Positions 53,204 through 64,000 of a stretch of 64,000 bases of DNA are shown piece after piece. The notes beneath the pieces were generated by a model. The model saw only the letters and a program-made list of their open reading frames with translations, ran no database searches and was not told where the DNA came from. The number at the start of each line of letters is the position of its first letter. The stretch's first letter is position 1. The position numbers were made by a program, and so were the translations under genes. Origin of the DNA: Adineta vaga (taxonomy: Eukaryota; Animalia; Rotifera); contig CP075496.1 in assembly GCA_021613535.1 (NCBI GenBank), positions 11,718,001 to 11,782,000 of the forward strand. Direction: 5' to 3'.

Positions 53204-53991
53204 TTATTCACTAAATAAATTTGAATCATCACCAAAACCAGACGAAACATCGGAAAATAATCGTATACGAGTCAAATCTAAGGACAAAATATGTGGATCT
53301 TGTTTTTGACGATCATTCTTAAATAAAATCATAGAATAAAGTAAATATGAAGATTGAACTCACTTGATGGGACATTGGATCGGAATAGGTATTATGTCGG
53401 CGAATTGAAATAGGAAAAAAACGTGATTTATAACATTTATCTATTATTGATGATGAATTTGTTTCATAGCCATCATCAGAAGACGAAGATTGTATGCCAG
53501 CTAAACGAAGTAAATCTGGAGTATGAAATTCTTCCTCATTCGTACATAGTCGAGGCTTTTTCATTATTTTATTATCCGATACAACAGCTGATGATGTTCC
53601 AGATTGAGAATAATGTTCCGGCATATTTGTTGATCGTCGAAGTGGTTGAATATATAAATATTCTTTGAGGAAACAAAAAAGACGATTTTTCATTATAAAA
53701 AGAAGGAAAAAATATCGAAAATAGTTTACTTTGTTGATTCCATGGTGTTGAATTTATTTTATTCATTGTTGCTGCAAATTCGACTTTCAATTTTCGTCCT
53801 TTTAATATTGCACCATGCGTTTCTCGCCGTGCTCGTTGAGCATCATCAGCATGAACAAAACGTACAAATGCATAGGATTCATGGAATTTCGCACATTCAT
53901 CAATCATGCCAAATTGAGAAAAGAATCGCCAAAGATCACGTTGTGTTATACGTGCAGCCATATTTCCAACAAATAATTTATGTTCATCCAT
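53204..53991 (-). CDS. Single-RRM RNA-binding protein with disordered C-terminal tail (RRM loosely RBM4/Lark-like)
   Basis: MDEHKLFVGNM (RNP2), SYAFVRF (RNP1), KGRKLKVEFA. Three exons in frame to ..DDSNLFSE-TAA. Confidence 0.8.
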
Positions 53992-54282
53992 TATCTTTTG
54001 TTTAATTTTCAAAACTAACGGCTATTCAAAGATTAAAAAGACGATGAAATCAACTATATACTGATTCGAGATGTTCTTATCGAAACGATGAAGAATAGAA
54101 ACTGACGATCGACGATTGATTTCTTTCTCTTTTTTTGTACGAATTTTATTTCCATAGACGTCCATGACGTTAACAGACATATACAATGAAAAGAATGATA
54201 AACGAAACTACTACTAGACAGAAAGATTTCATCGGACGAATCACGTGCTTTTATTGTGAAAAGAAAAATAAACAAAATTTTC

Positions 54283-55983
54283 TCAAGTAACAAGCATCAC
54301 ATTATCGTTTGTTATATCTTCAGTTGTTTCTTGATAAATACGATCATGATAATGTCGTAACGGGATCATGTGATAAACAGGTTGAAAGCTGAAATGAATG
54401 AATCGATGGAAAAATAAACACTATAGTGAAAGTGAAGAGAATTATTTCGTACCTAGCAAATTGATATTTTCGTTGTTTATCCAAATAAATAAAGAGTAAA
54501 AGAAGAGAGATTAAAACTACTAAGATTAAAGTGATAATCATTATAATTGAAAAAATATTTGATGATGATGATGAACATGGTAAAAGATTTAATGTATTGA
54601 ATAAAACTCGCTGTTCTTGTTGATCGAGACATCTAAAGAAATAATCAATCTATGACTATACATAACAAATGAAAGAAATCATTACGTACGTCACCAGAGT
54701 TTTATTTTCAATTTTTAAATAATCATTTAACCATTTTAGAGAACAAGAATTACAACGAAGAGATTTACTAGCTATATCAAGTTGTTGTAAAGTTAATAAT
54801 GGACGAAATACAGCTTCATCAAACTGTTTCAAATGATGATTACTTAAATTGAGCTAAAATAAAAATAATGACTGATGTATTTTAGTCTGAAAGGATTGTG
54901 TTGAAAGGTTTTTTTTCTCTCTCTCTACAAATACATTCTCAAATGTTCTCTTATCAAGTGACATACCATTTTTAAATTTGTTAATTTTTTGAATAAACAA
55001 TTTTCTAATCGGATTGAGGTTAAATTAATTAAATACAATTGTTCTAATTCTAGAAGATTTTCAAATAATTTACACGATAGATCACTTTTTATTTCATTAA
55101 GATATAAAATTTTAAGATGAGAAGGAAATATCGGTTGTTTTCCTAGTTGAATTTCTTTCATATTCATTGGATTTTGTGATAAATCAAGTTCAGTTAATTG
55201 TGAAGATGATTGAAGTAATTCAATTGGAATATTTGGAAACGAATTTTCATCGAGTTGAAGTTTGACTAAAGATGGTAAAGTCAAATTGAATGCTGGAAAA
55301 GATTTTAAATGATTCGAATGAAAATCTAATTCTGTAAGATTCAACATTTGTACTAAACAATTACCATCGAAAGTAGTCAATCTATTTGTTCGTAATGAAA
55401 TTTTCTTTAAATTTATCGGTAAAATCCATTGAATATGTTCGGTAGTTTTTGAACAATAAAACTCTTCGAAATGATTATCATCGAAATAGATTTCTTTCAA
55501 ATAATCTAATGATGAAAAGGAAATCAATCGTTCATCGATTATATAGGGATTAATATGTTGAAATGTATTGATAAGTTTAAGAATTTTTAAACGAGGAAAT
55601 CGTTGATTCGAAAAATAATTTTGTGCTATATGCTCAATTGGATTATAACTAAGATCAAGATATTCAAGATTTGGATAAGTTAAATTCGTTTGATGTAATG
55701 CATAGATACGATTTGAAGTTAATGAAAGATATTTAATTGTCAAATAATGATTTGTTATTAATTCAATATGATTATGATCTAAATAGACAGATTCTAATTG
55801 TTTGTAATCCGATAGATCTGGCATGTCAATTAAATTAAAATGACGCATGAATATTTCTGTTATATTTGAAATAAGAGTTGAATTTGTACATAGAACAGAT
55901 GTTGAATTATCTTGAGAAATCAAACATTCTTTTCCAAATATAAAAACAAACAATTGAATAAAAACGACGAGTGTTTGCTGCAT
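54283..55983 (-). CDS. Leucine-rich-repeat type I membrane protein (signal, LRRs, LRRCT, TM, short tail without TIR)
   Basis: Repeated LxxLxLxxN. LRRCT LRCNSCSLKWLNDY..C..C. TM IIIITLILVVLISLLLLFIYL. Last exon FQPVYHMI..VMLVT-TGA. Confidence 0.85.
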
Positions 55984-57336
55984 ATCTTCGAGTTTTCTTC
56001 TTTCAAAATTCGTCTATATCAAACAGGAGAATTCTCTTAGTTATGATTCTGTCCGAAACGTTATTTATCAAGCAAGATTTACTTGTAATCAATGGTTAAT
56101 CAAGCATCCCTTCAAATAATAACATTAGGGTCGTTCTTCATTGATAAAATATACATACAAAGATCGACGGAGGGAAAAAAGAAGAAAAAAACCAATAACT
56201 TCTATGTACACAACATCTGTGTTAATATTTCACGCAAATAGGACGATGACATTGTCGATTAACGATTGTAAAACTAAAAGAAATATTAATTAAAAATAAA
56301 CAAAGAAAATATCATCTCGTGTTAAAAGTTTTTTCAAAAAATAAGTCAATAGGCATCGATTTGAAGAAAATCTTTTACAATCAATTGAATACTAAAACGA
56401 TAGAAAATGAATATGCTTCTTTCATCCACTCAAGCAATCCGATACATGTAAAACGAAGATAGATCGTCTAGAAACTATTTTATCTGTCGGTTTTAGTTAC
56501 TGACTAATTTATCAGAATAGAGAATACGAGCGAAAAGAAAAATTGCTTACAGATTGTCGATAATTTATTGATTAGGATAATATTCCTTCTAAACAAATAT
56601 TAGTCTCTTTTCAGGTACATTTCTTCATATTTGACTTGTATCGAATAAAAATAATACTAATAATTAAAAAAAAGGAAACAACAAAGAAGACAAAGATCAG
56701 CATAATCAATGAATTTATTTGCAGATGAATATTAAAATAAAGAAGTTCTCTCTCTCTCTCTAGAGATATTTCTTAAAAAAATGTTTTCTGTTCAATTTAC
56801 AATAACTTTCAAACTATCGTATTGTTCATTAATAATTATCTATTATTTGTTCTAGGAGTATCCTATTCTTCTTGAAATTTATATCGAATAGAAAATACAT
56901 ATTTCATTATATTTTGAAAAACTATTTTTCTCTATTTAAATACGAAGTTGATATGCATAGGAGAATTCCTGTAGGAAATCGATTCTCTTACATTTTTCTT
57001 TCCATGAATTTCTACTGATCTATTGAATAAGAAAAGGCCTCGATGATACTTGTCATGTTCATCAATCATAATCAATTTGTTTGTTTAATAATCTTCTTTT
57101 TTATCAAGTGAAGATTGAAGAACTTGAAGAGAACAAAGAAAAAGAAGTTAGTTCGTATGAGAAAGAAGACAAAACAAATTTCACGGAGAAAATCAAACGA
57201 AACAAAGAAAAAAGCAATAGAAGTTGTATGATCGAAAACAAACTTTAACACAACAGAAAAGAGAAAAGAACATTTTTGACTAAAGTTTGATTTTTTATAA
57301 AAAAGAAGTTTTAACGTTCGAATTTCAGTTGAGTAT

Positions 57337-60300
57337 TTACAGTTTGCTTTTGGAAAATGATACTCGAAGATGCATGGAATCGGCTAAACGATAATTATGT
57401 GTATTCTAAATAAGATGAAAATTAGAAAAAAAATATTATCTTTAAAATATTTACAATTAATGCAGCAATTGTTTCTTCAATCGTATCCATTTCAATCAAG
57501 GCCATTTTATGATCTTTTTCAAAGAATTTAAAGCGTTTAATAGTACCATATTGAGAGAATATATTTCGAATTTCTTCTTCACTCGTATCACTTCTAAATA
57601 TTGTCTTTTATTGATTTGAAATCGAAAGATTTATACATACGGTATATTGGATAGATGAAGTACAGTTCCCGGTGAATGAATATTATTATAATTTTTTGAG
57701 CCTGGTTTTTTAAATCGATGTAGTGGAGAATTTGTAAAATCTTTTGTTAAACCCATATCCTTAAAAAAAGAAACAAATCATATAGAATTCGAGAATTTTA
57801 CTATCAGATTGATCATACTGAAGAACCATCTTTTGGCATTTGTACGAATTGATGTTTAGAAAATGAAACTTTGATTTGTTTACCAAACATCGTTATATGA
57901 TCAAGATTTTGATGGGCTATAAGATAGATAATAAAAGTTCATTGAGAAGATTTATTGAAATCTTCTACGTACCAACAAGAGCTTGTTGTGGTGTCGCAAA
58001 TTGAATTAATGCTGAATCTTTCTTATTAAATAAGATTTTTACCCGATGCACATCACCATAGACACCTAAGAGTAGATTGAGTATAAACATCTATGTTTTT
58101 ACAATTGTTCTACAGTCTTTTCTTAAAGTTCACATTGAGTGCAAGAAAGAATATTTAGAAAGTGAAATGAACGATCGTTACTTTAATGTATTATGCGTGT
58201 GTGAACTCTTCTATCGCTATTTCACTTTCTAGATAGTCTTTCTGCTATATTCGTTATTCATTTAGAAGACGTGCGATATGATTTGAAGAATGGAAATATA
58301 GAAAATATGGAAAATGAAAATTAGCATTTTGATTCGTAAAAAAAAGACACTAAATAATAATAAAGTATGAAAAGAAAGAGAAGAAAACACATACCGAATA
58401 GTGTGAATAAAGACTCTGGAGTGGTCATCTAATCGTCCGATTGAGAAAAATAAAGAAAAAAAAAGAGAAAATAAAGAAAGAAACGAATAGAAAGAATAAT
58501 AACTAAAAAAATTTAAATTAAGATAGGTTAGTTAATAACAAAGATAGAAATGAAAGATGTTTCTATCTTATCTTTTGAGAAAGCTGGAATATTAAAGTAA
58601 ATTTCCTTTCCTGTTTGTTTTTATTCAAACTTACATTTTCATTTAAATTCGATACTAATATAACGGGACCATTTTGAACAGACATCATATGTGGATTTTG
58701 TTGTTGAGATTGTTGATGAACAGCATGCATATGAGCAGCGGCATGACCTGGTGGTAATGAATGCATCGATGAAATTTGATGATGAGCTGATCCATATGCA
58801 TGACCGTATGGAGAAGGAGGAGGTGGAACGCCTGATACAGGATTATAAGCATTCGATGGAGGTTGTAGTGGACTCATCAAATGACTACTACCAGCTACGA
58901 AATAGAGAAAACGATAGCAAAAAAAGCTTTCTACTAGACGTATTTTACTTTGCATGTCATAACCTGGCGTTCCTGGTGTTGATGGTGGTCTACCACGTGC
59001 TGCTCCAGCTGAGTAATAATCTGAAAATGATCGAAATGTAAAAATATTTGAATTTTGAGAATAATAATAATAACATACCATAACGATAATCTTCATTTGA
59101 ACCTGATCTTTGTAATGAGAGAAGATTAGGGTTTGAATGCATACGTTCTAAATATTAATTTAAATAATCTTCTCTAAAAATGCTTTCTACAATCAATATA
59201 CCAAGTTCATGTTGTTGTAATGAATGTCCTTCACCTGCTGGCAAAGTTGGATTCGTATAATCTCGACTTTTATCATTATTAAATTTGACCGTAAGTGATT
59301 GAAGTTTTGAATATTCAATATGAAGCTAAATTTCGAAGTGTCTCTTTCAATTCATTTTCTATTGAACAATTCTTCTACTTACTGTACAACAACCATTGTA
59401 AATATTTTGTCCGTGCAATTGCTAAAAGAAAGAAATTATATGGTTTTTTTTTAAATATACATTTCTTTGTCCTTGCGAAAATCAATTTTTTATGTAACTA
59501 CATTGCAAGTTTCATATCAATGACTGAAAGGGAAAAGATCTTACTACTTTCGCTTGGGCAGCTCCATTTGAATCTTTTGCTTGAATCAAGGCTTGAAATT
59601 TATCTAAATATTTCAAAGAGAAATGTGTTTATCTTTCATCTAGATTTGATATTACCATTTTTAGTAAATGTTATAATTTTCAAGATAATACTAAATTTAC
59701 TAAATATCTAATAAATGATAGAAAAGAGAAAGAGATAGGTGACAAAATTATAATGGTAACATTAACTTTATCTTACTTGATGTAAAACATCGATTGTGAC
59801 AGGATATAGCATATTCATAATGCTAATACGTAGAACACAATTTGGTCCACCTTTTTGTGCTGCTTCGTAGAGATCAGTTGCTTGTGCTAATGCAACATGT
59901 GCTTGTTGATTACTTCGATTGGTTGGATCTGTACGAAGTTCGCCATGATTAGAATATTGTGCAAAGATTTGTCGACCATTAAGCATAGCTGGGACTGATG
60001 AAAAATAATCAACCATTTGTTTAGCAGAATCCGTTAGATCAAATTCAAGAAAAGCCTAGATGAAATCAAATCTTATCATGAAACGAATACGAATAATAGA
60101 TTATCTACTTGTGCTTTTTTACGTAAATTCAAAAAATTTGTTATTCGACCAAATGGTAGACCAAGTTGAACAGCTTCAAGATCACTTGCTTCAATATTTC
60201 TGACATGAACAACACGAGAAGGTAATGCAGGTTCTGAACGACTCTATAGTTTTATCAAAGAAGATTATCATTATTAATCATCACTATTCGTCTTAATGAA

Positions 60301-60452
60301 AGTTACTTTTTTAGCAATATCAGGTATTTGTGAATTTAAACTGCTAAGACCATCACCATTTGTATCAAATTCATCGCTTGAAAATGTACGCTACATGAAA
60401 GATAAATGATCTAAAAATCTACTACAACAAAAATTCGAATATCTACCTTCAT
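57337..60452 (-). CDS. PTBP1: Polypyrimidine tract-binding protein (PTB/hephaestus), four RRMs
   Basis: [121 protein letters not shown]. Confidence 0.95.
58395..58428 (-). promoter_or_regulatory. 34-nt PTB cassette exon (equivalent of vertebrate PTBP1 exon 11 / PTBP2 exon 10) with flanking CU-rich tracts
   Basis: ag|ATGACCACTCCAGAGTCTTTATTCACACTATTCG|gtatgt, exactly 34 nt, encodes [11 protein letters not shown](G). Confidence 0.85.
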
Positions 60453-61143
60453 ATTGATCTAAAGGAAAAGTTAAGAAAAGATTAATTTTTTTTGAAGAAA
60501 GAACAACAAATATTATCGTACTTCACTCGAGCACAGACGCAAACACAAGTCTGTTAGCTCGTAGCCCGATGTTGTTTGAAACGTTTTGAACTATTTCTAT
60601 GCTATATTTATTATTATTATCACTATCGTTTAAATAAAATAATACGGTCAAATTGACAAAGAAAATCAATTTGAATTCTCTTTTTTTTACGAAAAAAATT
60701 AAGTTCTTTTCTTCGAATGGGAAGAGATACGGAAAGAAAAGAATTAAATTGTATAGTTTATGTGCATCTATCTTTCTTCATTGTTTACCAATAATAATTA
60801 ACGATGTAGAACGAAACCACCAATCAAAATAGAATAATCCATCTCTATTGAATTGTTAATTGGAAAATTGATATAAACAATTTTTTTTATGATAATTTTA
60901 TTTTTAAACATTATTCATTTAAAAGAAAAATAAAGATCACGAATCGTTTTTCATTAGCTGTTACCGTTGACCAATCGTGAATGAACATGAATCACTATGA
61001 CTAAATACATTTGTTTCAATTCAAGCCGACGTGTGTGTTTAGTAGAGAGAGAGGAAGAAGCTTCTAGTGACTTTCTTTTTAAACTTCTGATTAAGTTCTA
61101 TTTAATGACCGACACAAAAATCATTTTGACTCTTCAGTTTTAG

Positions 61144-62705
61144 ATGGAATCTGAAAATAAAGACGAAATTTTAAGCAATTTTATTGCAATTACACAATGT
61201 CCAAATGAGGAAGCAACTCGTTATTTAGAAGCTGCTCAATGGAATGCACAAACAGCAATGGAAATCTTCTTTGATAATGGTGGTTCTCAAGCTGGTGAAC
61301 CTATTCCTTCAACAAATACAGCACCATCCTCAACTAATACTAATAAAGCTCCTTCTGGTTAGTATTCGTTCTCATTAATTTGAAACTATCATTTTAATTA
61401 TTTTCTATAGGACAAATAGCATCCGGTGGAACAGGCGGCTATGAATCAGATGATGAAAGTCCTATGCAATCAGCAATTGAAGAGAGTCTTCGAGCTCATC
61501 CTGGTGCCGGAAAATCAGCAGGAGCCGTACCAAAAGACGATTCAAGTAAAAAACCAACAGCACCACCATCCAAATTTGGTACAATCGGTGGTTTACACAA
61601 TGAGGAAGAGGATTCTGACGAAGAAGGTGATTGATAGATAATTTATCATGATCAAAGATATAATTAATAAGTTTAGGTCAAGCTTTCTATGCTGGTGGTT
61701 CTGAACGTAGTGGTCAACAAATTATTGGTCCATCAAAAGGCAAAGATAATGATAAGAGAGTTGCCAAAATATTTGAAGCAGCTCGTAAACAAGGTGCTAT
61801 GGAAGCTGATGAAGATGATGATGATCAAGATGGACCATCATCACGAACGAAAAAAGAGAAACCATTTAGTGGTGTCGGATACAGTTTAGGTAAAATATTG
61901 TCTTCTATTATAAAAGATTTCATTATTATATCTTTAGGAAATGATATTACTCCTTCTCGTCCTATTGGCCAATCAACAGGAGGGCCATCAGCTGCAGCAG
62001 CAGCCGCTCCTAATCGACCAGAACAATTACCACTTCGATTTTTCTCTAATGGATTTACTATCGGTGACGGTGAATTACGTAAATTCGAAGAAAATAAAGA
62101 TTTCATGGATCATATTAAGCGTGGTGAAGTACCACCTGAATTAAAAAATTTATCTGCCGGTGGACGACAAGTTGAAGTAATTAATATAAATTCTTCATTT
62201 AATTTCATCCATCAAAATATTTTATTAATAGGTACGTCTTGAAGATCATCGTAGTGAAGAATATAAACCCATGGCACCACAATTCAAACCATTTGGTGGT
62301 GCAGGCCATATGCTCGGTTCACCAGCTCCAAATGTCGCTCAATCAACAACTTCAGGACAAGTTCCACCGAAATCATCAATGACATCAACTAGTAATACAA
62401 CGGCTTCTGATTCGGATCGCCTAGAAAAACTTGCTGAACAGCAACTAAAATCCTCATCCTCATCATCAACTACCATTCGTCTTCGTCTGCCAGATATTTC
62501 GACACCAGTACGTATTGTTATTGGTTTAGATCGAACTTTAGCTGACGTTCGTAAGCTTCTCAGTGAAAATGTTCCTTCTCTTCAATCAAATCAATTTGAA
62601 TTTATCGAACCACCATCAACAAAAATCAAACGTGAAGATGAAACTAAAACTGTTGGTGATGCTAAATTAACTAATGCAACACTGGCTGTTCGTCGAGCTC
62701 TTTAG
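61144..62705 (+). CDS. NSFL1C: NSFL1 cofactor p47 (UBA-like, SEP, SHP box, UBX)
   Basis: FIAIT..ATRYLEAAQWNAQTAMEIFF, QAFYAGGSERSGQQIIGP, FSNGFTIGDGELR, IKRGEVPPEL, FKPFGGAGHMLGSP, TTIRLRLPD. Confidence 0.93.
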
Positions 62706-63091
62706 TTTTATTGAACATTTCTTCTTATCTGTGTATTCCAGAGACAAAAACCAATTACATTACGATCGATTAGTCTTTTGTTCACACCAAACACTCGGTT
62801 TTTTATTTCTTTCTTTCATTCTTTCTTTTCTTCAAATAAAAAACAAGCTACAAGCAAGAATAAATAAATGTCTATTACAATAATGAATCATTCTTACGAA
62901 ATGCTTTCAGATTCATTGTGACGTAATGCATAGATGTGGTTTCGCAATATATTACTCAGATTATTCTCATCGCAATCATCAAATCATCTGAATAACTATT
63001 CGAAATTATTTCGAATGATAAAAAAGTTTCGATATAATTTATAGCGAAAAAGAATGATCTAATCGAAAATTAATATTTTAGATTAACAAAG

Positions 63092-64000
63092 ATGGCTCAA
63101 CAAAATGATGTACAGTCGAATCTCATTACAATAGATGGATCATATTTAGAAGGCGTATGTTGATCTTTTGAGGAGCGAAAATAGAATCATAGAAAAATGA
63201 AAATCAACTATAGATTATTTAAATCTTTTCATATTTTTAAAGGGTGGTCAAATTCTTCGAAATTCAACAGCATTAAGTGTTCTACTTGATATTCCTCTTC
63301 GTGTCGAGAAGATTCGTGCTGGTCGATCACAAGGTGGATTAAGACCTCAACATCTTACTGGTATCCAATTATTAGCACAATTATCCGAAGCTAAACTTCA
63401 TAATGGAAATATTGGTGCAACTGAAATATATTTTACACCAAAAACGATCAAAGGTGGAAATTATCTAGCTGATACAAAAACTGCTGGGTATATTTTCTAT
63501 GCTTATTCATACGAACAAAAAATCCAAGAGAAATGTTGTCTTTCTTTTATTAGGAGTGTATGTCTTATGATGCAAACTGCAATTCCATGTTTATTATTTG
63601 CTGATACTTCATCTCAGTTAAGATTACGTGGAGGAACAAATGCAGAATTTGCGCCGGAAATTGATTACTATTCTATGGTATAGTTTTAACAATAACATAA
63701 TCAACGATCATAGTCTTCTTTTGACATTAGGTTTTTCAACCTATTGCCAGACGATTTAATTTTAATTTCGATATGACTTTAGTTCGTCGGTTAGTAAGAA
63801 TAATGTTTCTTTAGTGCAATATGTTTTGATTAAAATGTTTCTAGAGGTTATTATCCACGAGGTGGTGGTGAAGTTCGAATTACTGTAAATTCAGTGGATC
63901 AATTAATAGCTGCTGACTTAACAGATTTTGGAAGCATCAAACGATTTTTTGGTCGATCTTTCGTTGCTGGTACTCTACCGAAAAAAGTATAACTAACTTT
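63092..64000 (+). CDS. RTCA: RNA 3'-terminal phosphate cyclase, 5' part; runs off the window end
   Basis: [76 protein letters not shown]. Confidence 0.93.

Noticed and set aside
1-64000. Horizontally acquired genes, CRISPR arrays, tRNA/rRNA, spliced-leader RNA gene, U12-type introns
   Set aside because: None recognised by eye. All identifiable genes look metazoan with GT-AG introns. Small ncRNAs could be missed without Infernal or tRNAscan.

Overview
This is AT-rich eukaryotic DNA with a compact layout and mostly ~45-70 nt GT-AG introns. Intron size, gene density and several divergent peptide-type GPCRs suggest a bdelloid rotifer, but this is inference and the taxon is not proven. I rebuilt 21 spliced protein-coding genes by hand; the ORF track shows most only as fragments. 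Recognisable genes: SLC16/MCT transporter, ERGIC1, PDHX, ZNHIT3, divergent GFOD, CASK, UBE2H, PTBP, NSFL1C/p47, RTCA (runs off the window), a synaptotagmin with degenerate Ca2+ sites, three class-A GPCRs, an LRR membrane protein and a single-RRM protein. Orphan or unusual genes: a probable neuropeptide precursor with three (S/A)NFW copies, a small protein ending in a RAD51AP1/2-type motif, a chitin-binding/EGF/TM receptor ending in a PDZ ligand, a protein with CxCxxH repeats, and a type II mucin-like protein. Regulatory highlights: the 34-nt frame-shifting PTB autoregulatory exon appears conserved, CASK has candidate internal first exons, and several co-directional genes have operon-like spacers. 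I saw no tRNA, rRNA, CRISPR array, intact transposon or clearly horizontally acquired gene.
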